From: Sphyrna mokarran
Taxonomy: Eukaryota
Direction of reading: 5' to 3'
DNA: 64,000 bases
NCBI GenBank assembly: GCA_024679065.1
Contig: JAGIQG010000024.1
Span: 22,506,001 to 22,570,000 of the forward strand
Below, in pieces: positions 25,936 to 39,799 of this stretch. The notes beneath the pieces were generated by a model, which saw only the letters and a list, made by a program, of their open reading frames with translations, was not told the origin of the DNA and made no database searches. The translations under genes and the position numbers were made by a program. Position 1 is the stretch's first letter, and every line of letters starts with the position of its first letter.

Positions 25936-28715
25936 ATATATTTGGAAAACCAATGAGATGAGGCACAGGGAGGAAAGTCAAGTGATAGGGGGAGGGGGGA
26001 TTGCCCACCAATAAGAGAATCCACCTTCACCTTAGTGGAATGGAAATCAGTGCTTCTGGCACAGGTATTATTTCTACCTGGGCTTTCCTCTCTGCCTCTG
26101 TGCCAGGTACTAAAGACAGTAATCTTCTAATCTATCTAGAAGGGTACGCTTCAGAAGAAGTGAGGAGCCTACAGCACAAATGCCAGAATAGACCATTTGG
26201 ACCTTTGTGCCATTTGTGGAACCCATTGAAGATCTTTCTTTTTGAACAATGTTGTAGTAATTTTACATTGATTCTGGTCATTCTAGTCCTGGTGAAACCT
26301 ATTCAGGAATGCAGAGCATTGTGTTGAGAGCAAAGCGATTCTTTGCAAGTATCTGTCATCTTATTTTCATTCTTGTCAATGTTGGGAGTGGGGGAAACCT
26401 CAAACTCACATTAATAGAATAGTTGAAAATGCAGTATCAGGACTGTCTTTTTAAATTAGTAATTATACAAGTTTAATAACACCAATCAATGTTACTTTGA
26501 TGATAATGTAACAGGCACTATCTCATGCCCATAACAGTCTCCTGATGTTCATAGTTCTGTCAATACATTTCCAAATGACTGTTTTAATTACTATGCTGAC
26601 AATCATTTATGCAAACAAATAAGCTGTTGTTCAGGAAATCATTTTTTGTGTCTTTAATGTTCAGAGGCTGGTACACATGCTGGTACTTCAAATAAATTTC
26701 ATTCACAAAAGCAAAACAGTTCCTGACATTAATTAGTATGTTTTTCCACAAGTACTGCCAATACTATCAAGCCAAATCCTGTTACAAACTTCCCACTCCA
26801 CCAAATAAATTTTTTTTAAAAACTTTGTAGTACATCCTATGGTAATTTTTTTGTATGAACTATGAAAGGAAAAAAAAATTACTAGATGAAGTTTTTTTAT
26901 TGTTTCAGTGAAGTACCTCATTACAGATACTCAAAACATCCACCCAAATGTTGCACCTACGTTAAACACAGTGAAGCCAGTCAGTGGATAATAAATTGTT
27001 GGACCTTGTGTACCCATCCTATACACACACACAAACGCACGCACGCACACATACTGAAATCCTGGATTCTTTTCTTCAGGAATCAGCCCAAATATTTAAG
27101 TGTGAAGTACATGCAGGGCACAGTGTGAGATGTGATCCTTATATAACAAAGTGATCCAATCCAAATGAGAAGCCATGTGTTCTGTTGTTGTTTGCTGGAT
27201 GGAATTGAGATTTTTGCGAATGTTGAGACTGCCTCAGAAGTGTTAACTGTTTCTCCTGGTGAAGAGATGTGGAAATTATGGCTGGAATTTGCCAGTGGGT
27301 GCAAATTCTACCCTTGTAGCTGGAGACTTGGTTAGTCCACTGCGCCTTAAGGTTTCATATTTGTGGCTCACATTTTATATCCTTCAGCATTAAGCCAACA
27401 TAAAGTAAACACAAAGGACACAAAATAACACGGTAGGTTTCATACGTCAAATCATACGCACTAATATTTGGAACTAGATTTGGGCAACTGCCTCTTATTT
27501 TCAAAGTAGTGAAAAGCTCCCAAAATGGCCTTTCTTTTCCCCATGTGCCAAACACTGTTGGGAGACACCCCAGCAGAATGCAGAGAAAGAAAACATCTGC
27601 CAATCCAGGGCACATCGCTGGGTCAAAGTCAAAATTCATCGGTGCTTGGTGTAATATGTTTGCTATTATTTTTGATATAAAAGCATTGCATAAAAAAGAT
27701 GTGATCCTTCTGGAGAAATAAAAGGATTGTTTCGAGAGTAAGGAAACAGGCTACTGAGATTTAGCCATCTGAATTAATTAGGGATTTTTGTAACGAAGAT
27801 TCATCAGGAAATCGCCAACCCAGTACAACTCTACAGCTGACCTCCTGTTCTCTGTGATCACATCACTGTTTCAGGCCCACTATAAAGGCGAGAGGAATTC
27901 AGGATTTGCTGTAATATCCTAGTAAACGGTTTAATAAAGTGAAGGCATTTGGCGTGGTTCATTTAAATAAACATTTACTTCATAACTTTTGATTCTAATG
28001 GCCATCAGTCGAAAATATACTGAGGGAGTGAAGGACCCCTATTGTTCTACTGTGGGATCTGCACTGCTAATAGATTTATTTTAACCTATAGATGATACCC
28101 TAAATTGCATTAGCTGAGTGCAGGTGTTTTCTTTTTCTCTTAAGCAGATTTACTTTTCAATTTATTGGCCAAATTATGCTTTTGGACTGAGGGATCCCCA
28201 TTGTTCCATTGCAAAATGTGCATGAACTTATTATTTCCCTTGATTTGATTTGATTTAATTTATTATTGTCACATGTATTGGTATACAGTGAAAAATATTG
28301 TTATACAGATAAAGCACACCATTCATAGAGAAGGAAAGAAGAGATTTCTGAATTTTGTATCATAATTAGCATGACATAATTGGCCCATTGCTTTCCAGGT
28401 TAAGAATAAAATCTTAATTCTGAAGTTTATTAAATTAAATTATGCTACTTAGAATTTGCAGCAGAAAAGCAGGATATTTACCCTAACTGATACACCACAC
28501 ACTACCCTACTTGCACCGTATTTAATCTAACCTTATTTATTGTACTTTTCTCCCTCATATACTACTCTAACTATGACTTAGATCAAGTTGTCCAGCACAT
28601 AGCCTGCAGACTAGATTCCTGCTTGCCAACCAGCTTGTAGATCAGTGAGCAAACTGCAGATAAGTGGAAGTGACAGATTCTGCAAGGAACTGTTCCTCCA
28701 ATTATAGGCTGATTT

Positions 28716-29000
28716 ACATAGAACATGGAACATTGTAGCGCAGTACAGGCCCTTCAGCCCTTGATGTTGCACCACCCTATGAAATCAATCTAAAGCCCAT
28801 CTAACCCACATTATTCCAATATCATCCATATGTTTATCCAATGATCATTTAAATATCCTTAATATTGGTGAATCCACTACTATTGCAGGCAGGGCATTCC
28901 ACACCTTACTACTCTCTGAGTAAAGAACCTATCTCTGACATCTGTCCCATATCTATCCCACCTCAATTTAAAGCTATGTACCCTCGTGCTAGCCATCTCC
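28716..29000 (-). mobile_element. CR1-like LINE 3' end
   Basis: acatagaacat tail; gcattccacacc..actctctgagtaaagaa is the reverse of the FFTQRVV..WN motif. Confidence 0.75.
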
Positions 29001-29211
29001 TACATTTGCAGCAAATAGGTTTATTAGTGAATCTATCAGCAGCGAATGCTGGAAGTAAAGCAGTCTGTGATTAGAGGAACAGTGAGCAGTGTGATAGGGG
29101 GGTGGTTGTGCTGTGGCCTAAACGTTGGAGCAGTGCCGTGAGTGTGCAGGGAGGGAAGACAGGCTGTGAGAAAGACGCTGCCGACTGGAGGTGGAGAAGG
29201 GGTTTTAAGGG

Positions 29212-29475
29212 AGAGACTGCGAGAGAGAGGCTGTCTGCTATGGGTGGGGGACAGACTGCGAGGCACAGACAGTCTGGGCAGACTGAGAGGGTGAGGCTGT
29301 CTGCCAGATGTGGGGGACAGATTGTGAGATAAAGGTTGTCTGTTAGGGGTGGGATCCACACTGCGAAAGAGAAGCTGTCTGCTGACAGGTAGGACAGATG
29401 GTGAAGGAGAGGCTGTCTGCCACTGGTAGTGGACGGACTGCGAGAGAGAGGCTGTCTGCTGGCAGGGGAGACAGT
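29212..29475. repeat. Degenerate ~39-bp G-rich minisatellite (about 7 units)
   Basis: Recurring gactgcgagagagaggctgtctgc; GTCTG cores at 29233, 29272, 29299, 29338, 29377, 29415 and 29454. Confidence 0.8.
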
Positions 29476-30493
29476 TAAGGAGTTGACAGTGTCCTCTGCG
29501 ATTATATGTACAGGTAATTAATGGTATTCAACCAGCCAAGTCTGATTCTGTCCTGTGTACACCACTTGCAACGAGTCTTACCGAACTGTGACCAATGGTT
29601 TCTTCTTTCACTTCACAAGGTCCTGAGTAAAGAGACCAATTATAAACTGCTTATTTCTAGCCAAACTAAGGTTATCCAGTCAGTCTTTGAATGTGAAATC
29701 TTCCTATTCATGTAGTTAGTCTCAGCACATTGAGGTGCCTTTAGCTTTGGGGCTTCAATGACATTTGCTCTGTATTGCCTTGGGAAAAGATGTATTACTT
29801 GCTCAGAATGAATTGGGTGCTTTATTACATGGAATATGACAGAGCAATAAGAGTCTAAGTGATATTTTACTCATGTTGGCTTGAGATCAAAATGTTTTGG
29901 TAATATTTGGATGCTTAGGCATGATTTTCCAATCCCTCACAGTAGTGGAATCTTCCAGTCCCACTGAAGTTAGCAGAGAATTGAATAGCTTGCTGTATCC
30001 ATCAGCGGAAACTGGAAAATCCTGGCTTTCGACCTTTTCTTTGTGGTCAGTGTCTGAATTTCCTCCAACTTTGATTTCAATGCAGCAGGATAGTATAGTC
30101 TGAAACCTGAAAGGTTGGTACAAAACTAGTGACTAATGATTGTGGAAAGGATGCTCTTATACTGTTTATACTATGACATTTATCGCCGTTTGGGTTCCTG
30201 TGACCATTTTGACACAGTAGTTAGCACTGCTGACTCACTGTGCCAGGGACCTGGCTCGATTCTCACTTTGGGTGACTGTCTATGTGGAGGTTTGCACGTT
30301 CTGCTTGTGACTGCTTGAGTTTCCTCTGGGTGCTCTGGATTCCTCTCACAATCCAAAAATGTGAAGGTTAGGTGCATTGGCCATGTGAAATTGCCCCTTA
30401 GTGTCCAAGTTATGTAGGTTAAGGAGAATAGCTATGGTAAATATGTGGGTGTGGGGAAGTGAGTTCAGTTAAGATGTAAAGTCTTTTGGAAAG

Positions 30494-31301
30494 ATAGAAT
30501 GCAAGACTGGGCGGAGAAGTGGCAGATGAACTTCAACACAGATAAATGTGTAGTGGTCCATTTTGGCAGGTCCAGTGGGATGAAGGAATACAATATCACG
30601 GTTAGGACTCTTAGCAGTGTTGAGGAGCAGAAGGACCTTTGGATCCGATCCATAGGACTCTTAAATCGGCCTTGCAGGTGGAGGATGGCATATGGTGTGC
30701 TAGTTTTCATTAATCGAGGGATTGAGTTTAGGAGTCGGGAGGTAATGCTGCAACTTTATAAGACCCTTGTCAGACCCAACTTGGAGTGCTACGTGCAGTT
30801 CTGGTCGCCTCAATACAAGAAAGTTGTGGAAGCTATTGAGAGGGTGCAGAGGAGATTTACAAGGATGTTGCCTAGATTGGGAGGCATGCCTTATGAAGAT
30901 AGATTGAGGGAGCTAGACCTCTTCTCCTTGGAGAGACAAAGATTGACAGGCGATCTGATAGAAGTTTATAAAATGTTGAGAGGTATAAGTAGGGTGGATT
31001 CTCGGAGGCTATTTCCCAGGGCTGAAATGGTCACCACAAGAGGACACAGGTTTAAAGTGCTGGGGAGCAGGTACAGAGGAGATGTCAGGGTAAGTTTTTC
31101 ACTCAAAGGGTGGTGAGTGAGTGGAATTGACAGCCATCGGTAGTGGTAGAGGCGAACTCGCTGGGGTCTTTTAAGAGATTTCTGGATGAGTACTTGGGAC
31201 TTAATAGGATTGAGAGTTACAGATAGGCATGGTGGGTATGGATATGATCGGCACAACTTATCGGCCGAAGGGCCTGTTTGTGCTGTAATGTTCTATGTTC
31301 T
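30494..31301 (+). mobile_element. 5'-truncated CR1/HER1-like LINE (ORF2 C-terminus, frameshifted) inserted into an HE1 SINE (30208-30493 and 31302-31345)
   Basis: WAEKWQMNFNTDKCVVVHFG...LYKTLVRPNLECYVQFWSP...RGHRFKV; (ttctatg)n tail; SINE halves on both sides. Confidence 0.9.
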
Positions 31302-32559
31302 AAGTCAATGCAGATTTGATGGGCCAAATGGCCTCCTTTTGCATTTTAGGAATTCGATTGTGCAATGGCTCTTGTTGTCTGATTAACAAGCACGTATGGG
31401 CCAGAATTCTCCAATGTAACTTGCAGATGGGATTTTCCTGCCTTGCTGCAGTGAGCGGAGACCCAGAAATGCACCATGATGGTTGTGTGTGATAAGTGCA
31501 TAAAAGGTGATTTTTATGCAATGTCGGGTCATTTAGAAATCACCTCCCATCTTAGTTTCAACAGCTTTAGTATCAGATACCTCATTAAATCAGTATTATG
31601 ATGAGAAAAATAGCTAATAGTCTTTTCAGTTGAAGCCTGTTCATAAAAATGGCAATTTTCAATGTTTAAATTAACAGCAAGATAAATTTCTAATGCCTTA
31701 TCTTCCTGAAATTTGCTCACTGGGCCTGTAAGAGTGAGAGAAAAAATAAAGTGTGGCCCCTGGCGCGGAAAGGTTGGAAACTCTTGCCTTAGACATATCT
31801 AGGTATTTATGTCAACTACTTTATTTGGTAGCAAGTTTTACATTATACCATTGTCTGGTTTAGAATGCTTCTTCTGAATTCTCTCTCAGAGTATTGTGAT
31901 TGTCTTATTTGTTTGTATGGCCTTAGTTTTGGATTCCCTCACCATCTCTACAATTGCTTTTATCAAACCTGTCCATGCTTTTAAAGACTTCCACCATCAT
32001 CAACACCTCTCCACCCCACCCTCTCCCTGACAACATCACAAAATGTTCACCTCCCTATACAAAAGAGCTCAGGCTGTTCAGTCTTGGCTGATATTCTGTA
32101 ACCTCTCAGTTCAGAAATCTACTGTTTAGGAACAGCAGAGGCCATTTCCCCTGTTGAAACTGTAAGAAAGTTAAAATATTTGACTAATGAGGAAAAGGAC
32201 ATTAGCGATTGTCAAATTGTTTTCAGGGTTTGGGGTTTTTGTTTGAGAGAAGTGTTGATAGTAATTTGAAGGAGAGGGGAAGAACAGCGGCTGAACAGAA
32301 ATTTCCCCATTTAAATAGCAGAAACTATTGTCTCTAGTCAATAATACAAACACTTCCCCCTAACCACCAATAACATTTTTTTCTCATTCACCATGTGAAT
32401 GAGACTGTATCAGACTGTTTGCAACTTTTACATTGTATTTGACCTTGACCTGCATATCTGACCTCATTTCCTTCCCATCACCAGAATCATCTACTTCCAT
32501 ACCTGAGATATTGGGCATCCCTATCCCAGCTTTAATCTCTGTTGTTGAAAGCATCTTCT

Positions 32560-33092
32560 ACACTCTAAACTTGATTATTCTGATGCTCTCATTGCCAGCT
32601 TCCCACCTTGCACCATTCATAACTTTATTTTTTCCCAAACCTCTGTTTTCCTTATCCTAACTGACACCAAATCCCTTTCGCGCATCATCCCTATGCTTAC
32701 TGACATACATTTGCTTCCAGTCCAACAACACTTCAGTTTAAAATTTTTCATCCCTATTTTTAATTCCTTTCAAATGGGTTCATCTTTGTGCGACCTCCTC
32801 GAGCTCTCCCCAATTCTAACCTTTCTAATTTCCAATTCTCAATTATCATGATTGGCAGCTCTGCTTTGGTCCCCGAGCTCTTGCTTTTGAAAGCAAGAGC
32901 TCTTTTGCTTTCCAAAACCTCTCTGCCTCTCTCTCTTTCTTTAAGACACTCCTTAAAACTATCACCTTGACCAGCTTTCGACCATCTGTCTTAATGTTTC
33001 TTTAAGTAGCTCACTCTCAAGTTGTACTTGATAACATGACTGTGATGCTTGACTGTTTTATTCTGTTCAATGTACTGTTTAAATGCAAGTTA
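32560..33092 (+). mobile_element. L2-like LINE 3' fragment
   Basis: Encodes decayed RIIPMLTDIHLLPV (compare HITPVL..LHWLPV) and FKTLLKT motifs; aaatgcaagtt tail. Confidence 0.65.
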
Positions 33093-34266
33093 CTGGTGTG
33101 AAGTATCAGAATTGGATGCATTAAACTATTCTCCGATCATACGATATGTCATTGATAAAAATATAAAGCAATTTTTTTCAGACATTCCATATTGCAGTCT
33201 ATTTAATTTTTTTATGCTGCATGTGGAATCAATATAGAAAACATTATGGAAAATAGTCATGGATACATAACAGAGCACCCCATCAGCATGCTTATAACAG
33301 ACCACTCACAAATATGACTCAATTATTTTTTTACCTCACAAATATTCTATGAAACAAACTGTTTTGCATATCAATAAACCTACTTTGCTTAAGAAACTTA
33401 GGATAATAACATCTCTGTGACGGACAATAACATTTCAAACATCAATTTTGAATTACTTGTTCCAGTCCACCTTGTTAAATTTTAATTCACAAAAAAAAAC
33501 TCCTTTTGTAGAATGTACACTACTTTTTTCCTGGAATTAGAATACCAGATCTATTATCCAAGACCTTTGCTAATACTTCCCTTGATTTGATTTGATTTAT
33601 TATTGTCTTAAGTATTAACATACAGTGAAAGGTATTGTTTCTTGCACGCTATACAGACAAAGCATATCCTTCATAGAGAAGAAAAGGAGAGAATGCAGAA
33701 TGTAATGTTACACCAAGTATCAATCAAAACAAATTCTGGGCAACTTCATTGCTAATGTTCCAAAATTCTCAGTGAAAATTAAAATTCTCCTCCTGCACTC
33801 AGGACCAAAGTTGATATTGGGAATTCAGCAGGTGGAAGGCTACAAGTACAACAACATCCCTGGATTGTGTCACATCATTATTTGAGATCTAAACCACAAT
33901 ACCTCCAGAATACCTACCCTTGCAGTTTCCTGGAGGTGAAAGTTATTTATTCTCTTATTCCTTATCTCTGTCGTAAGTGCTGGAGGATTTTACATAACAA
34001 CTCATGCATGACAAATCCTTAAATGTGAACAAACATTTTAGAAAATCAAATTGTTGTTCTGAAAAGATTGTTTTCCGCTACACTGCATTAAGCCCAACGT
34101 AGTATCTCACACTCGATCTTACAACACCACCAATCAGCAAATGCTCCATCAGGATAAATTAGAGCAAAAGAACATAAGAGATTTTCATTCACTTGTATTG
34201 ACACAGATGGAGATATTTCCAGTATCTCCACACTTACTGAGATCATCATCACGTGGCTTAGGTGAG

Positions 34267-35925
34267 ATTGATTTGATTTGCTTTGTTATTGTCACATGTA
34301 TTAGTATACAGTGAAAAGTATTGTTTCTTGCGCAAAGCATACCATACATAGGGAAGGAAAGGAGAGAGTGCCAAATGTAATGTTACAGTCATAGTGAGAG
34401 AAGAGAAAGATCAACTTTATGTGAGTTAGATCCATTCAAAAGCCTAATGGCAGCAAAAAAGAAGCTATTTTTGAGTTGGTTGGTGTGTGTACTTAGACTT
34501 TTGTATTTTTTTCCCAATAGAAGAAGGTGGAAGAAAGTATGCCCGGCGTGCGTGGGGTCCTTAATTATGCTGGCTACTGTTCCAAGGCAGCGGGAAGTTT
34601 AGACAGTGTCAATGGATGAGAGGCTTGTTTGAGTGATGGACTGGACTACGTTCACAACCCTTTATAGTTTTTCGCGGTCTCGGATAGAGCAGGAGCCTAA
34701 TCAAGCTGTGATACAACTGGACGGAATACTTTCTACAGTGCATCTGTAGAAGTTGGTAAGAGTTGTTAAGACATGCCAAATTTCCTTAGTCTCCTGAGAA
34801 AGTGGAGGTGTTGGAGGGCTTTCTTAACTATAGCATACACATGAAGGGACCAGGATAGGTTGTGGTGATTTCGACACCTGAGAACTTGAACCTCAACCAT
34901 TTCTACTTGTCTCCATTGATCTAGGCAGGGTCATGCCCTCCACTATGCTTCCTGAAATCGATGACTATCTCCTTCATTTTCTTGGCATTGAGGGAGAGAT
35001 CATTGTCATCACATCACACTGTCGTTACCAGATTTGCTATCTCTTTCCTGTATTATATCTCACCATTATTCAAGATCCAAACCACAACAGTAGTGTCATT
35101 AGCAAACTTGAAAATCAAGTTGGAGGGGAATTTGGCCATACAGTGAGAGATGTATAGGTATAGGTGTATAAGGAGTATAGTAAAGGGTTGAAGACACAGC
35201 CTTGCAGAGCACCAGTGTTGAAGATGATTGTGGAGGAGGTGTTGTTGCCTATCCTTACTGGCTGCAATCTGTGGGTTAGGAAGTCTAGGATCCAGTTGCA
35301 GTGGGAGGAACTGACCCCAGGCCATGAAGTTTGTAGATGAGTCTTGTGGAATAACACTGTTAAAGGCTGAACTGTAGTCTATGAATAGGTGTGTGATATA
35401 GGTGTCTTTGTTATATAGGTTTTCCAGAGTTGAGTGTATAGCCACTTACATGGCATCTGTTGTGGACTTGTTGTGGTGATAGACAAACTGTGGTTGATCC
35501 CGGCAGTCTAGAAGGCAGGAATTGATTTGTGCCATGATTAACCTTTCAAAGCACTTCATAATGATGGATGTCAGAGCCACTGAATGATAGTCATTAGGAC
35601 ACCTTGCCTGGTCTTTCTTTGGGACAGGGATGATGGGTTTTTTTGAAGCAGATAGGGACCTCAGATAGGCTTAAAGAAAAAGGGAAGATGTCTGCGAATA
35701 TCCCCGCCAGCTGGTCCATGCTTGACCTGAGTGTTCATCAGGGTACACCATCTGGGCCAGTAGCTTTCTGTGGGTTAGCTTTCCAAAAGGCTGCTCTGAC
35801 GTTGGCAATAGTGATCTCCCATATTGGTTTGTCTGAGGTTTCCAGGATGGAGGGAGCACTCCCGCTGACCCCTTGCTCAAAACGGGCATAGAATGCATTG
35901 AACGCATTGAGATGGGGATGGTCAC
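34267..35925 (-). mobile_element. Rex1/Babar-like LINE, decayed reverse transcriptase plus 3' UTR
   Basis: Minus-strand ORFs [56 protein letters not shown]; (atcaa)n tail. Confidence 0.88.
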
Positions 35926-37451
35926 AATATGCATGAAAATAAGATTTAATTAAACAAAATGTGCGAATCCCATAAACTCTTCAGGATTGTGATGCTTGAG
36001 AGCTATAATCACTGTTACAAAAATGCTTAAAAACCTAAAATTGATACCTGCATCTGTAAAAACAAAATGCAGTAATGTCACTTGTGAAAGCAGTCGGATT
36101 TGAGTGACTTACACTTTACAAACATAACTTTTTCACAGCTAGCTGCAACTTTGCCGTATATTTTGCCTCCATTAGTACAACAGAGGCGCCAACTAGCGTC
36201 GACATGGTGATATTAGCGACCAACCATTCCGAACCAGAGCAACATCTATGAAGAGAATTGCTATCTCCTGTACAGAGATGCGCGCTCCTCATATAGACCG
36301 ACAATCTAACCGCATTCTGTCCGTGAATGCAATCTCTCACTGAATATTTCGAGGTGGAATTTTGAATTTGGTAATTTATAACAATTATAGCCTCAATTGA
36401 GGAACTAATTTGAGACAAAATTTCAAAGAAATGCCGCCTCCAACTCATGAAAAGATTGTCGACTCAAATTTTTGAACTTAAAACGAAGATCAGGTGTGAA
36501 GTGCAAAAGATAGTCTTGAATTTATTATTGTTATTGAGTTATTGTTGACTTGAGCCTTGTTTGCTCCTTATTGGCGGAGGTGGAGGGTGGTTTGGGGAGG
36601 GGGATAGCTTTCAGCTAGGAAACTGAACGATGCTGACTATAAATAACACTGTGAAGCATCCACACATCCCACAACCTGGAAGAATGGCCGAGAATGAGCA
36701 AATTATAGCTCCGCTTTCGGATTTACCTATTTGACCTGTTTTACTTCGAAACAACATGGTTTTGCAAAGGCATCACTGATCATCAGTGCCAAAGCATTGA
36801 AGTTTGTAACGGGAGGCATAGTGTAAGCTGATGTTTGCATAATTTGAGAATAGGGAAAGGCTGGAGAATCTAATTTTATTTTCCAGAAACCAAGAAAGCG
36901 GGATTCGGAGCGAATGATTTCCCATTCCATCATTCAAACAGATTTTGTTTATTAAAAAACGCATTTATTCTTAATCTCAATCCTATTCCGAGACCAGACA
37001 GATTTCATTTACCGCTTGGATTGTGAAACAGTCATGAATCTATATCCAACTCAATCACTTTGAAATCAAGGCGGGGGGATTTATTCGAGTGCACACCTTC
37101 AGTGGGGGATTGGTCCAAGTTGATTTGAGGCGTCGGTCCCACAATTTCGAAAGATTGACGCCTCTCGGTGTCGGTGAATCAGCAAGATCGCACGTGTTCG
37201 TTCAATACATTCGCACCACTTCTTTTCTTTATTGCAAAATTTGGAGCTGTGTAATAACTGTCTAGTAGCTCCAGGTCGCCAGTCAACTGGCGGCAGACGC
37301 GGTGAGACACCCCCTCAGTGAGACACACTTACTTGTAAAAACGTCCTCTTTCCGAGTTTTCGTTGCTTGATTAGCGCTGAAATCTCTGGAACTGGGAATA
37401 AATAGTTAATGAAAGGAACTACTGAGGGAGCTCTTAGAACAAGCATGAGGT

Positions 37452-37676
37452 CACACACCAACCAACTCAAGATCAGTTTCTTCCCTGCTGCCATCAGACT
37501 TTTGAATGGACCTACCTCGCACTAAATTGATCTTCCTCTGCACCCTAGCTATGACTGTAACACCACATTCTGCACCCCCTCGTTTCATTCTCTGTGAACG
37601 GTATGCTTTGCCTCTGTAGCGCGCAAGAAACAATACTGTACCCCAATACATGTGACAATAATACATCAAATCAAAT
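37452..37676 (+). mobile_element. Rex1/Babar-like LINE 3' end
   Basis: Same 3' UTR and atcaaatcaaat tail as the 34.3-kb element. Confidence 0.8.
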
Positions 37677-39799
37677 ATTTGATGGCTGGTCGACCCTTTC
37701 CGGGATGCTTTAAATAACCAAGAACCCGAAGCAATTTTATTTGGATAGTAAGCCTTTGGCAGGAGCAGATTCTGTGTGTGTTGTGGGAACGGAACATGTG
37801 AGGCGTCAGTGATTTCAACATTTTGATGAATAATGGCTTAGATTCCATATTTTGTAATTTACAAAAACGCGCTACTCAAAAAAAAACTGTGTTGGAGCCA
37901 GTATTACCTGTAGCAACTTGCACTCCAATGGGCAGATGAAAACAGCAAGAGATCTCGGCAAGTACGCGCAGTACATGAGGAATTATGGCAATTTTCTTTT
38001 ACCAGATTTGCTTAGTGTCTCGAAAGCCAGAAGCCCTACCCATCTCGGTGCACTGAATACATGCAACTAGGGTCGAGAGAGAAAGAGAGAGAGAAAGAGA
38101 GAAATCCTGAGAAGAAGCGGCTTCTGGTAAATCCTTGTGGCTATTTTATGGTGAAGTTTATTGACAGGTCTCTCCCACCGCACTTAACAAACAATCTGTC
38201 ACCATTCGACAATTCTACCTGTCATTTCAACCAGCTAGCCACATGCTTGGAAAACCTAATGTAGGTTTAAAGAGCCCTTGTTAAGTGGTCTGAGCAGTAC
38301 TTTGAGAGGAGGGAGGGGAGATCAGTGGGTTTTACCACAAACAAACACTTTTACACTAAGGCTATTAAACAGAAAGATAATGATATCTTCAGAAAAAAAA
38401 TTAAGTCAGATCTCAGTGCGATCTGAAATAAATTAACGGAACAGCTTCGATTTCAGCATCAAATTCACCAATTTCATGGGGGGGGGGTAGTCAGAAGGAA
38501 AATAGTTTTTCTTTATTTTTATTGATCAATTAAGTAACTGCAATTTGAATTCTTCGTTTGACGGAGAGGTCTCCGAGTGGGTATTTGAATTCGCCAGGTT
38601 TTCTAAATACCTGCATCGTTTTAATTTCGCAACATATCAAGAGAAAAGGGGGAAAACCCCTTTGATTTCCTGATCTGCAAGAATTGGACAGGGAAGGTGC
38701 TGGGTTGAGGGAATTCTGACCGCTACATTCGATTGCCTATCCGGTTTGACGGGGAGTGTGCGTGCTGACTTTATTCGCTGTAAGGGAATTGAGCAATCTT
38801 GCAACTGGATCAAAAATAATTCAAATCCAAACGTCTTGTAGCGGGAAAATGGCTGATTAATGCTCAGCAGAAGCTTGTGTATTTCTATCTAATCACACTT
38901 GCTTCCAAAAATGTATGAATTATAGTGGATCATGCTGTATTTAATCACTATGCCAGCGCGCAGAATAGAACTGGTGATGACTATGTGCGGAAGAAATCAG
39001 TGCAATCGAATTTCATCCATGGATATTAAAGGTGGCGATTTTGCCCGTTTACTGAACGGGCCATGAGTACAATGCCACATTCCTGGAAGGATTCCAGGGT
39101 CACTCCCCCTCCCCGCCCCTCCCCCCACACAAATTATGACAATCTAAGTTCTACCTGTCCTCGTCTAGTTGCGATGAAGACACCTTAATGATTTCCCCCC
39201 TCCCCTTCATTAATGGAGTGGGCGGACGTGTCATTATTAAAGTTACACCCATAATCAGTTAAATTATGCTACAGAAAATACACCATGACCCGCACACAAA
39301 ATATCATCCCGAAGGGGAGAGAAAACACCTAGCAATCTAGCTAAACCTGTATGCTATCATAATTGTATACGCGTGATTTGTACACAGCACATATAAATGA
39401 CAGAACGATCCTGTACACATGTGTAATATAAGGATACTCATAAACAAGATTGTTTTTAACCATTTAGAATATTTATGTAAATATGTAGTACACGTGCAGG
39501 CATCACATTTCATCCTTTTTCACAGGAATCTGAACATTGTACGGATAATTCTGCATTACTGTTGTTTTGTCTGATCTGTCCCCCACAAATTTTGTTCATC
39601 GTGAGCTGTGTCAGTCCTACTGATTTCAGCCTTTCGTTAGAATACAAACAAATCCCGTTCGAAACAACACTGACAAGTCGCTCTTTACCCAAGGAAAATA
39701 CTGTTTGTGATTTTCAGTTGAACTATGTCAGCTATGTAAACATATTAAGAAAGGCAAAAAAAACACATACACAGGCATCTGAATAAGGTTGGGCTGAAG

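Larger units (their letters stand above)
28584..31786. mobile_element. Probable old hAT/Charlie-like DNA transposon hosting several younger insertions
   Basis: Degenerate TIRs caagttgtccagc / ggttggaaactcttg; subterminal gtggcccc; 8-bp flanks acttagat / ccttagac (6/8 identical, TAGA core). Confidence 0.5.

Noticed and set aside
30499-31116. Longest ORF (205 aa) as a host gene
   Set aside because: It is a frameshifted CR1 ORF2 fragment inside a SINE.
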